This document shows, one piece after another, positions 28,019-37,486 of a stretch of DNA of 64,000 bases. Source of the stretch: an uncultured Pseudomonadales bacterium (lineage in GTDB: Bacteria > Patescibacteriota > Microgenomatia > UBA1400 > PJMF01); NCBI GenBank assembly GCA_964607285.1, contig CAZSJW010000006.1, positions 799 to 64,798 of the forward strand, given 5' to 3'. The notes under the pieces were generated by a model that had not been told where the DNA came from, made no database searches, and saw nothing but the letters and a program-made list of their open reading frames with translations. The position numbers and the translations under genes were made by a program. The first letter of the stretch is position 1. Each line of letters opens with the position of its first letter.

Positions 28019-31000
28019 ATGATAGAAACATTGTTAGCTATGACACTTGAACAGCACATTGAACATATCTCTCCTATTGAACTATATATGGAGCCAGTGG
28101 TTCGCATGCTTATGTTTCAACCTGGACTTGAACTTGAGTTAGTTGAAGCTGAAGAAGTGTACACTCTCATTAAAGCCTATAAAGAACTCGTCCCCCTTGC
28201 AGAAAACTCCGAACAGCTTCTTGCACAGGCAAAAAGTTTGTTTACCAGCTACAAACATCCCCGCGATGCATTTTCTGCCTTTTTATTAGAACTTTCAACT
28301 AGGATCCAGACGCTTGCTACAAGAGTGCATACCACAGAAGCAGCGCATCAAAATGGAACGCATGCACAGTTGCAATCTGAAGAGATTGGCAATCATACCT
28401 CGCAAGCAACGAGTGAGCATTCAATCACCAAAATCCAGATACCAACCCCTCTGCCTGCCAATACGGGCCAAGTCTTTGGCAGATACAATCTCGAGCTTGA
28501 TCTAGCCATTAAGAACGCACAAAGCTTACTAACTGGTGCAAGCGTAAGTCATTTACTAAGTACTGACATTTTTGTTTTCAAAAAGTCCAATCTTTTTGCA
28601 AACACCAAACAACAGGAACACACGCAACACCCCTCGGAATTATTTGGAACAATTTTACATGTCAACAACGGAGACACCGTTCTGCTGATTGATTCTTCAG
28701 GCACAGCATCACGCTACACCCAAGGAACGTACTCACACCTCGATTTGACTCACTCAACACTCTTGTCTATCTTACGAAAAGGTACTGAATCAGAAACATT
28801 TCAAATACACCACACCCAGGATACAGCCAGATCAGAACTCACACCGCTTACGTACATGCCACACCCTGCATTCAAAAGAATACAAATGGAAATGTACTCC
28901 TGCATCGCAACTATTGGTGCCACGCAAGAGTATTGGGCGTTCCCTAATTTTTTGGAAATACTGGAAACAGCACAAAAGGCAGTGCTAGAAAGAAAAAACA
29001 TACCGCTTGTTCGTGACAGACTTTTCAAAGCATTAGATTCCTACCCTTTTTTCGACAGTTCAAATGAGCTAAGAGCTACCAGAGAACGGTGGAAAGACAT
29101 GCTCAATGGGTGTTTGTCTGGTGGGTGGAATGCATCCGTTCGTACACAAGAACTTGTATCTGCATGGTGCAAGCCACAAGACGCTACCCCACCAAAACTA
29201 AGTTTCAAACAGGCAGATGCCTTTTATCAATCTGTATTTTCGCAAGACAAATTGAATTCACTTTACAACGATTGGGTATCAGCAGGTGTAATTTCACAAC
29301 ATGAAAGAGAAACACTGCAGGCTGAAGAGCGATACGCATTCACAGGTGGAAGCATCTGGACACTGACTGAAGCACTGATAGCACACATTGCTGAGCCCAC
29401 ACGAAAACAACTGGTGCATGAGAAAGTCGTAAACCTTTGCTATCAACTTAAAGCAAATGCTGATGTACAAAATCTCACATTATCTGATTTTTTGAAGCGA
29501 ATGAGTTTGCTAGCAAGTGAGATACCTGAACTTATTCAGACTTTCTCCACCCCACTAGTGTGGGAATATCTGCATTCAGAAGTTACTGGTTCATACACAG
29601 ATGTCTGGAACGCTATAATAGCGCGTGTTTGTCTCAGCATTGAACAAGATCAACTGCTAATCACAGATGCACAGCGAAGAGAAAAATTTCGCACTAAAAC
29701 TGGCCAGGTTATTGACACACTTCGATATGATCCTGAAGGCAACGAACTGATTGTGAAGTGTTTACTCAGTGAGCTAGTAGGTGAGTCAAATCCACTCAGA
29801 TATTATTTTCGAGCACGGAGTCAAGCGGCTGAAAATATTTTGCAGTTTAGTATACCGCTCGCATCTAGGCCTGACTTACAGAAAGCAATTGATCTAGCAC
29901 GAAATACTAGTACTAGTAGTAAATTTGATCAGCAAGATATTGAAGAAGCACTGCTACTGCGAAGCCTGGGCAGCTGCATAGCTGGTGACGCCGATTCATG
30001 CTTAGCATTACATCTTGAGGGTGCGGATTCACAAGCTGTTGATACCTTAATTGAACAACTCATTCACGCAGCATTCCCCAGAAACGCCTCAGCTGCCCCT
30101 TCAGATATGCAAGAACAACTGGATGCTCAAGGATTGCTTACCACACTCGCTAGACAGTCTGTAAATAATACTAAGAACCAACAAATTTCAGAGTTTCCTC
30201 GAAGCATATTTAAAGAAAATCAAGCATTTATAGCAAATAATCCTGAGAGACAAGCACAACTATCATCTTTTCTGCTCAGACCAGAAAAAATTGAACAAAA
30301 ACAAATCTTACATGCTGAACTCAAAAATTTGGTAAGTGAAATTTTTAACCCAAACTCTCAAATTCATACCAGTTACCCAGAACTCGCGCTGCTTGTTGCT
30401 AATACACTACGTAAATTTGTAGTTGCTCATAGCATTGATTCTCGAGCTGCCACCAATCAGCAACTAATTGACATCCTAAAAAAAATTGAGATCACCATTA
30501 TGGAACACAATGGGTGGGGTGGAAGTGAGGTGAGTTACAATCCTTTCAATCGATTTGCTGCAAAACAAGAACGATTTAAACAGGCGCTATTCATTAGTAG
30601 TGCCCATATGAACTCAACAGGCACAGGAGTCATTCCATATGACGAACATCGCTCAATCCTACTAACTAGAAGAGAAGCCAATCAGCAGGATTTTTCTACA
30701 TTCGCTTCTTGGCAAATTGAACTAACTAAACGTCTGGGTGCATTAGCCTCAAAAGAGGTAGTGCTAATGGGCCACTCGATGGGAGGACTAGTTGTGCTAT
30801 TCTGTGCGCTTCTACTGCCACGTGAGCTATGGGAAAAAACTAGCATTGTCTCACTCACTCCAGTTATAACCAATAACAATGGCACAATCAATATGAGTGA
30901 GTTTGTTTCACTGCTGCGACAACATAGTCAACTATGGGAAACGTTTAAGTCTACCGATATCATCAAAACTATTTGTAACGTAAAGTCTGCCGCTGATGTA

Positions 31001-31588
31001 GAACCTGGTCTAGCATCTGCTAGATCATTGGGGCAAGAAGTAACACACCATCTAAGTTTGCTTAACTTTGATAGTAGTGCACCAGACGTAAGAGTCGCAT
31101 TTGCGGCTACAATCACTGGTTTAGTCTCAGAAGGCATACTCCCCGATCAAGTCGCTAAAGCCATTATCAGCATGGGAGACAAATTGTTAGTCAACTGGAT
31201 TGTGTACAAGCAACTTGTTCGAGACTGCGCACCCGAGATCACGGATGAACATGGCTATCAGCTAGCCGTACACCTCATAAGCTTCATTGTTTCGGTCAGT
31301 AGTATTCTTTTGCACACTCGTGAACTTAGTGATGAGGAAATTGAGTATTTGACGGAATTTTCAAACAAAATGACCATTGTGGTTGCCAGCGGAGATAAAG
31401 TCCTGAAACCTCACTTCGCAATTGTTAAACTACAAAAATTGATTACTTCAATTGTCATGGCCCATAATCGCCCAGACAAAGAAGAAGGCCACTATGTTAT
31501 GGGTAACTTTGAAGAAAACATGCAACTGATTTGTGACTGCATTTCAGCTATGATCGAGCCTGATACAGCACCTTCCATCCCCACTTAA
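28019..31588 (+). CDS. Large (1189 aa) orphan protein with a C-terminal alpha/beta-hydrolase (lipase/esterase-type GHSMGG) domain and no signal peptide
   Basis: Mostly alpha-helical with no TM or signal peptide. The nucleophile-elbow …EVVLMGHSMGGLVVLFC… lies near residue 905. A sampled 100-nt stretch is about 35% G+C, lower than the core genes. Confidence 0.6.
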   Translation: MIETLLAMTLEQHIEHISPIELYMEPVVRMLMFQPGLELELVEAEEVYTLIKAYKELVPLAENSEQLLAQAKSLFTSYKHPRDAFSAFLLELSTRIQTLATRVHTTEAAHQNGTHAQLQSEEIGNHTSQATSEHSITKIQIPTPLPANTGQVFGRYNLELDLAIKNAQSLLTGASVSHLLSTDIFVFKKSNLFANTKQQEHTQHPSELFGTILHVNNGDTVLLIDSSGTASRYTQGTYSHLDLTHSTLLSILRKGTESETFQIHHTQDTARSELTPLTYMPHPAFKRIQMEMYSCIATIGATQEYWAFPNFLEILETAQKAVLERKNIPLVRDRLFKALDSYPFFDSSNELRATRERWKDMLNGCLSGGWNASVRTQELVSAWCKPQDATPPKLSFKQADAFYQSVFSQDKLNSLYNDWVSAGVISQHERETLQAEERYAFTGGSIWTLTEALIAHIAEPTRKQLVHEKVVNLCYQLKANADVQNLTLSDFLKRMSLLASEIPELIQTFSTPLVWEYLHSEVTGSYTDVWNAIIARVCLSIEQDQLLITDAQRREKFRTKTGQVIDTLRYDPEGNELIVKCLLSELVGESNPLRYYFRARSQAAENILQFSIPLASRPDLQKAIDLARNTSTSSKFDQQDIEEALLLRSLGSCIAGDADSCLALHLEGADSQAVDTLIEQLIHAAFPRNASAAPSDMQEQLDAQGLLTTLARQSVNNTKNQQISEFPRSIFKENQAFIANNPERQAQLSSFLLRPEKIEQKQILHAELKNLVSEIFNPNSQIHTSYPELALLVANTLRKFVVAHSIDSRAATNQQLIDILKKIEITIMEHNGWGGSEVSYNPFNRFAAKQERFKQALFISSAHMNSTGTGVIPYDEHRSILLTRREANQQDFSTFASWQIELTKRLGALASKEVVLMGHSMGGLVVLFCALLLPRELWEKTSIVSLTPVITNNNGTINMSEFVSLLRQHSQLWETFKSTDIIKTICNVKSAADVEPGLASARSLGQEVTHHLSLLNFDSSAPDVRVAFAATITGLVSEGILPDQVAKAIISMGDKLLVNWIVYKQLVRDCAPEITDEHGYQLAVHLISFIVSVSSILLHTRELSDEEIEYLTEFSNKMTIVVASGDKVLKPHFAIVKLQKLITSIVMAHNRPDKEEGHYVMGNFEENMQLICDCISAMIEPDTAPSIPT

Positions 31589-34160
31589 TACCCTCTACTA
31601 CAAACACAATTCCCACACTTGTAGAACCGATCACGCCCCAGTGAGTTATACCTAACGGCACTAACCCCAACAGTCTGCTCAGCGGAGCAAAATACACGGG
31701 AACAAGTGTTAGCAGAAATGCAAATGCAACTGCTGCGAACAAATATCGCTGGCCGCGCAACGTAATATGCCAAAACGGTTTATTCAAGGATCTGCATGAA
31801 AAAATGTATAGTAATGAACTACAGTTCAATAAACCAAACGCCATAGTTCTTGCTGTGAGTTCTCCATAGATCGGTAGATACTGCGCGAAAAGAACCAATG
31901 TGCTAAAGCCTGTAACCAATGAAATGACAATGATTAATAGCTTCATTTGAGTCGTAATTAAGCTTTCAAGATTGCTAATTGGAGGCTGTTTTAGTAAATT
32001 CTTCTCTTTTGGATCAATCACTAATGCCAAGCTCGGTAACGCCTCCTTGACTATATTTATCCATAACACCTGAGTTGCAGTAATAGCCAATGGCAATCCA
32101 AGCAGTAACGAACCCATAACTAGAATCACCTCAGAGAAAGTGTCACTTAATAAATATAGAATTACTTTTCTCAAGTTAGCAAATATGCCTCTCCCTTCTT
32201 CCACTGCAGCTAGAATCGTCTCAAAGTTAGAATCTAGCAAGACTATATCCGCCACCTCCTGAGCAACCTCAGTTGCATCCCCCACCACTAATCCAATATC
32301 TGCAGCAGACAACGCAGGCGCATCATTTACTCCATCTCCCATCATCGCTACAATCTCTCCGTTGGCCTTCAAAGCTTTTACAATTCTTAGTTTCTGGGAT
32401 GGTTTAGTTCGAGCAAATAACACCGTATGTTTGACAGCTACCTGTAATTGTTGGTCTGTCATATCTAGCAACTGATACCCCTCAATGACTGCCTCATCAG
32501 GCACAATACGCCCCACCGATGCCAACACTGCCTGTGCAGTTTCACGATAGTCACCAGTGATAATTTTTACTGCAATTCCTGCACGTTCAGCAGCTACTAA
32601 AGTAGTTGTCACACTGGGGCGAACAGGATCTTCAAAACCTAATAACCCTACCCAATGACCTGAGGTGATCACTTGGTTTTTTTGCAGTGATGAAAACACC
32701 TTCTTTGCATCAGCAATGGTTTTACACTTCCAGCGCACAGTACCTATCACCCGCTTGCCTGCTGCTGCCCAATCCCTAGCGGTTGCAGTTGCAGATTTTC
32801 TATCGGATGCTGTAACAGATGCTGCACAATAATGAATAATTGTATCTGGTGCTCCCAACATTGAGATCTCCAAACCATGTCTAGTAGCTAAAAAACGCCG
32901 CTCACTTGAAAACGGAATTAAATCATCGCGCTGGACATCTCTAATAAGTTCATGAGGAGTTTCCAAATCTCGATGCGTTGTTGCGAAACTTTCAGCCCAT
33001 CTCCACCGAGCTAACTCTAGTGGATCTCTTTGCTCATTGGCCAACACACTAACTCTGTACCCAAGCTTAGGATCTGCAAACTCAGTAGCAACAACTCTAA
33101 GTTTTCCTTCGGTCAAAGTACCCGTTTTATCCAGACAAACAACAGTTACTGTACCAAGCGTTTCTGCAGCAACCAAATTACGAACGAGAGCTTTTCGTTT
33201 CAAAATTCGATGCATACCAATCGCTAAAATTGAGGTCAAAGCAATAACTAAGCCTTCAGGAATAGCTGAAACTGCAAGTGCTACCGAAACTGAAAACATC
33301 TCAACTAGATCGCGCATGCCTACTACCCCATACACAAAAATAAGTACCGTCATCAAGATAACCAAACCAGCTAAATTACGCGCCAAGTACTGTAATCTGC
33401 GTTCAAGTGGAGTTTGCTCATCAGACTCATCAGTGATTGCGGCTGCAATGCTACCCATTTCTGTATCTGCACCAATCTTGATGCTAATAAAGGTTCCTGA
33501 ACCCCCAGCTACAGTTGTACCCATATACACCTGTTGAGTACTGCTTATGTCTGTTTTACCACTCTGCTGTTGCAATACTCTATCTAGATCAGACACTGTA
33601 CTGAGCAGCAACTTTTCTGAAACTGCTTGCTTTTCAACTGAGACACTTTCCCCTGTTAATGTAGCCTCGTTGACGAATAAATCATGTGCCTCAACAACTA
33701 CACCGTCGGCGGGAATTTTATCTCCCTCGTAGAGTGTTACTACATCATAAGGAACTAACCCTGGCACTGCTACTTTGTGTCTCTTTCCAGAACGTATCAC
33801 CCAGGTTTCTGGCGTAAGTACCGATTTTAATGACTGCAAGGATGAAAAAGCTTTTTTTTCCTGATAAAAACCCAGTACGCTATTGAGTAAAACTGCAGCT
33901 AGAATAACAAAAGTATCTGTCCAATCTCGTAATAATGCGGTAAAAACAGATGCTGCCAATAGAACAAGAATTAACGGACTTGCTAGCTGTCGTATAAAAA
34001 AAGTCAGGTTGCTAGGAAGTCTCTTAGAAGGCAATATATTTGGCCCAAATCGTGTATGTAATGTTTCAACTGTTGCTGGAGAAAGACCACGCTTTGCATG
34101 CTCATCGAGGGATATATCGAGGTATTCATCTGTGTGTAGCATGTGTATGTGTTCCGACAA
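31548..34160 (-). CDS. P-type ATPase, type IIA (Ca2+-transporting, SERCA/PacL-like)
   Basis: DKTGTLT phosphorylation motif (VCLDKTGTLTEGK), the TM4 IPEGL motif, and the hinge MMGDGVNDAPAL, in a protein of about 870 aa with about 10 TM segments. Confidence 0.9.
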   Translation of the reverse strand: MSEHIHMLHTDEYLDISLDEHAKRGLSPATVETLHTRFGPNILPSKRLPSNLTFFIRQLASPLILVLLAASVFTALLRDWTDTFVILAAVLLNSVLGFYQEKKAFSSLQSLKSVLTPETWVIRSGKRHKVAVPGLVPYDVVTLYEGDKIPADGVVVEAHDLFVNEATLTGESVSVEKQAVSEKLLLSTVSDLDRVLQQQSGKTDISSTQQVYMGTTVAGGSGTFISIKIGADTEMGSIAAAITDESDEQTPLERRLQYLARNLAGLVILMTVLIFVYGVVGMRDLVEMFSVSVALAVSAIPEGLVIALTSILAIGMHRILKRKALVRNLVAAETLGTVTVVCLDKTGTLTEGKLRVVATEFADPKLGYRVSVLANEQRDPLELARWRWAESFATTHRDLETPHELIRDVQRDDLIPFSSERRFLATRHGLEISMLGAPDTIIHYCAASVTASDRKSATATARDWAAAGKRVIGTVRWKCKTIADAKKVFSSLQKNQVITSGHWVGLLGFEDPVRPSVTTTLVAAERAGIAVKIITGDYRETAQAVLASVGRIVPDEAVIEGYQLLDMTDQQLQVAVKHTVLFARTKPSQKLRIVKALKANGEIVAMMGDGVNDAPALSAADIGLVVGDATEVAQEVADIVLLDSNFETILAAVEEGRGIFANLRKVILYLLSDTFSEVILVMGSLLLGLPLAITATQVLWINIVKEALPSLALVIDPKEKNLLKQPPISNLESLITTQMKLLIIVISLVTGFSTLVLFAQYLPIYGELTARTMAFGLLNCSSLLYIFSCRSLNKPFWHITLRGQRYLFAAVAFAFLLTLVPVYFAPLSRLLGLVPLGITHWGVIGSTSVGIVFVVEGIKWGWKVLYQARS

Positions 34161-34176
34161 GATACTTAAAATCTAT

Positions 34177-35076
34177 TCATCGCAACTTCTCAATCAATTC
34201 TTGTACTGAATGAGTGGAGACTTCATCAATCAACTCAGTGGCAATACTAAGCCGATTGGCTTGTTTCTGCATAAATGGGATACTAGTTTTTTCCTGAAAT
34301 AGAACTCCTGTCGCAATGTGCTCTTCTAAGTCTTCTGATATCTTGAGTGCACTCATCCAATCACTAGTATCATACCCGTTTACACTTTGCACATCAAAGA
34401 CGCGTTTCTGATACCACTCATGCGGTGTAGCTTTGTTATAGGTAGGACAGTTTTGTAAAATCTCCACAAAACTAAAGCCAGGATGCCGTAAGGCCGCTTG
34501 CAACGTCTGAGTCATGTGCTTGATGTCACCAGAAAAACTGCGGGCAACAAAGGTAGCTTTCAGCGATAATGCCAGTCGTGCAGGATGTACTGGCTCTGAA
34601 GTAATACCATCTGGTGAAGCATTCATCTTCATCCCGACTTTTGTTGTTGGCGATGCTTGCCCCTGAGTAAGTCCATAGTTTAAATTGTTGTGAAAAACAA
34701 ATGTAACATTGAAGTTAGCACGAACAGCGTGCACAAAATGACCAATTCCTTCACCAAACGTTGCCCCGTCACCTCCGAAAGCTACTACCTTGACTCGCTG
34801 GTTGGCTATTGCAGCACCCCCAGCAAAGGAAAGCACTCGTCCGTGCAAGCCATGAAAACGGTACCCACCAATCTTATCAGAGCCATTACCGTTGCAGCCG
34901 ATATCAAAACACATAAGTGTTTGACAGGGCTTTATTCCTTCAGCTACCAATGCACGTTTCACAGCTGCATGGATACCATAGTTGCCACAGTTAGTACACC
35001 AGGTGTAAATATTTTGCGAGTAATAGTCTGCTACAGTCGGTGGTGCGACAGTCGTGCAGGTTGAACAACCACTCAT
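34177..35076 (-). CDS. 2-oxoacid:ferredoxin (flavodoxin) oxidoreductase, beta subunit (TPP-binding)
   Basis: TPP motif …AFGGDGATFGEGIGHFVHAV…NN and an N-terminal Cys cluster. Its start ATG overlaps the stop of the alpha-subunit gene (ATGA at 35073-35076), so the two are translationally coupled. The ORF-track start at 35142 is an alternative. Confidence 0.8.
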   Translation of the reverse strand: MSGCSTCTTVAPPTVADYYSQNIYTWCTNCGNYGIHAAVKRALVAEGIKPCQTLMCFDIGCNGNGSDKIGGYRFHGLHGRVLSFAGGAAIANQRVKVVAFGGDGATFGEGIGHFVHAVRANFNVTFVFHNNLNYGLTQGQASPTTKVGMKMNASPDGITSEPVHPARLALSLKATFVARSFSGDIKHMTQTLQAALRHPGFSFVEILQNCPTYNKATPHEWYQKRVFDVQSVNGYDTSDWMSALKISEDLEEHIATGVLFQEKTSIPFMQKQANRLSIATELIDEVSTHSVQELIEKLR

Positions 35077-36914
35077 ACTGCCTCCTTGCGTTGTGTATCT
35101 ATGTTGGAGGTCACCCCAAATCGTTTTTCTAAGTACTCCCACACATCCTCCACAAAGAATGGCCTGCCATCATACTTCAAACATTTCTCCACAAATAAAT
35201 ATCCTGTATGCTGAGTAATCAGGCCACCTAGCTGACCCAATGCATTTTGCTCAATTAAAATTACCCGCTCCACCCGCTGAACTACCTCTAGAAAAATCTC
35301 AGGCTTAAGTGGATACAAGTACGTGTAGTGAAGATAGCTAAAAGCATGATCGGGGTGTAGTTCATTCCAACGTATCTGCACATCCAATACAGTATTTTTG
35401 ACACTACCCCAACCCACAAATACAACCGAGGCTGAGACTGGACCAAATAGCTCAGGATCAGGCAGCTTTTCAATCAGAGAACTTTCCTTCCGTAAACGCT
35501 TGTCGTACATTGCTTTGGAGTCAATTGCGGCTTCTGTAAGACTGCCGTCCTCAAGGTGTTCGTCGCTATTGCCAACAAAAGTGGCATCAACTTCCCCTGG
35601 CAACCAACGGAGAGAAACACCAGATTCCGTGATTTTGAATCGATCTTCAGGTTCTAGCTTCTGAAGGTCACCTGCATGCACTAGGTTTCGTTCAATTGGA
35701 ATTGCCGCAGGCAACTCATCTAGTTGAAAGAGTGACTCAGCAATCTGCTTGTCAGTCATAACAATAACTGGTATCTGAAACTCCTCTGCGTAATTAAAAG
35801 CATGCTGAATCAGCGTATAACAATCAGCAGCATTGCTTGCGGCTATAACCAACCGCGTAAACTCTCCATGTCCAGCATATACCGCTAGATTAAGATCAGC
35901 AGAAGAAGTCCAAGTGGGTAACCCCGTAGCTGGACCAGGACGTTGTGCCAAGATACAGACAAATGGTGTTTCGGTAATTGCTGAGAGAGAGAGCGATTCT
36001 GTCATCAAGTCGAAACCACCACCAGAAGTGCCAACCAGTGCGCGGGTCCCCATAAACATTGACCCTAATGCCATCTGAGCAACTGAAATTTCATCTTCCA
36101 CTTGTTTAACCAACATACCCGTTTGATGGTACCAACCGGCCAAAAATGTCAAAATTGATGAACTTGGCGTCATTGGGTATGCATAATACGCACGTACACC
36201 TGCAGATACTGCCCCTAGCGCAAGAGAATGATTTCCTGTAAGTAATAAATCATCACCCCTTGAGTGCTCAATCTGACAATAGTTAGTAAGCGTTACTGGT
36301 TTTAGTATTTCAGGTAGCGGCCAAACAAAACCTGCCTGCAAGCAAGCTGTATTGGGGGCAATTACCTTGGGTTTATCAGCAAACTCTCTCTCCATTACTT
36401 TTGTAGCCAGCTCCAATGGCAAACTGAGTACCTGCCAAAGCACTCCTATCAAAAATGTATTGGACATCACTCGAGTTCCACCTGCAGCGATTGCCTCCTC
36501 TACTGCAGGAACATATACAACGATAAGGTGCCGCTCTGCTATCAACTCCAACTCGGACTGAGAAAGGTCCATTCGAGGTATAGTGTGCAAAACAATGCCT
36601 CCGAAACGCACAGTCGGCAAATACTCATGTACTGACACACGACTCAAACACAACAGTACACTACAGTCTCTAGATGGAGCTAAAACAGGAGTGCCAGAAA
36701 CATCGGTCTGGTGAGAAGCAAATCCACCCTTGATTAGTGAGGGATACTCACGATACCCGAAAGTAAAAAAACATGATTGTTTAAGCGAGCGAGCAATTAT
36801 TTCTCCAACCGAGTTTACCCCTTGCCCAGACTCCCCACCTACTTTTATGGTATACCGATGTAGTGCGCTAGCTTGTTGTGTAAGTTCTTGCATACGAGTA
36901 TTCTCAACTCCCAT
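35073..36914 (-). CDS. 2-oxoacid:ferredoxin oxidoreductase, fused gamma-alpha subunit
   Basis: The gamma-domain motif …IKVGGESGQGVNSVGEI… is followed by alpha-subunit domains, in 613 aa. Confidence 0.85.
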   Translation of the reverse strand: MGVENTRMQELTQQASALHRYTIKVGGESGQGVNSVGEIIARSLKQSCFFTFGYREYPSLIKGGFASHQTDVSGTPVLAPSRDCSVLLCLSRVSVHEYLPTVRFGGIVLHTIPRMDLSQSELELIAERHLIVVYVPAVEEAIAAGGTRVMSNTFLIGVLWQVLSLPLELATKVMEREFADKPKVIAPNTACLQAGFVWPLPEILKPVTLTNYCQIEHSRGDDLLLTGNHSLALGAVSAGVRAYYAYPMTPSSSILTFLAGWYHQTGMLVKQVEDEISVAQMALGSMFMGTRALVGTSGGGFDLMTESLSLSAITETPFVCILAQRPGPATGLPTWTSSADLNLAVYAGHGEFTRLVIAASNAADCYTLIQHAFNYAEEFQIPVIVMTDKQIAESLFQLDELPAAIPIERNLVHAGDLQKLEPEDRFKITESGVSLRWLPGEVDATFVGNSDEHLEDGSLTEAAIDSKAMYDKRLRKESSLIEKLPDPELFGPVSASVVFVGWGSVKNTVLDVQIRWNELHPDHAFSYLHYTYLYPLKPEIFLEVVQRVERVILIEQNALGQLGGLITQHTGYLFVEKCLKYDGRPFFVEDVWEYLEKRFGVTSNIDTQRKEAV

Positions 36915-37383
36915 TCTCAGGATTCACATTGATAAGTTTCAGCAATGCATCCGCCCAAGGTTTAATCACAGCATCATATTTAGCAAATGGCTCTCCATTG
37001 AACTTAAGGGGTGTAGATACTGCAGTACCCCCACGCTCAATCCAACGGTTTTTTAGTGATTCCATGCCACCGCAAAAAAGAACGGGCTCATAGCGAACAT
37101 CTCCCATACCAATAAACGCCGCACGTTTGTTGTGACAATCCGTATTCTTGAGTTCTTCAAACAGAACAGAAAAAAAAGGATTTATTGCACCATGATCCCA
37201 AGTAGAAGTAGCAAGTAAAAAGGTGTCGTACTGCTTCCAAATGTTTGGATCGGCTTGCTCAGCTCGATGTAGCTCAACAGTAATTCCAGCCTCCTGCCAT
37301 ACGTGCACCACTTGCTCAACTACCCACTCAGTATTTCCAGAGGTAGAGGCATACACAGCACAAATTGATCCTACACTTTGCAT
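36904..37383 (-). CDS. Flavodoxin
   Basis: The FMN-phosphate loop …CAVYASTSGNTEWV… is the T/S-x-T-G-x-T signature. It overlaps the start of the gamma-alpha subunit gene, so the three genes form an operon. The ORF-track start at 37413 is an alternative. Confidence 0.75.
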   Translation of the reverse strand: MQSVGSICAVYASTSGNTEWVVEQVVHVWQEAGITVELHRAEQADPNIWKQYDTFLLATSTWDHGAINPFFSVLFEELKNTDCHNKRAAFIGMGDVRYEPVLFCGGMESLKNRWIERGGTAVSTPLKFNGEPFAKYDAVIKPWADALLKLINVNPENGS

Positions 37384-37486
37384 TACACCATAATACGAAT
37401 TTACCTCTTGCATTGCAATTGCAATACACAGACATTCTGGAAAACGCTATACTTAAAGTCATTGAAACCATCTAGAAAAACACATA

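Noticed and set aside
31585-31773. 62-aa Cys-rich minus-strand ORF at the ATPase 3' end
   Set aside because: It lies within the P-type ATPase coding region in another frame and is a shadow ORF.
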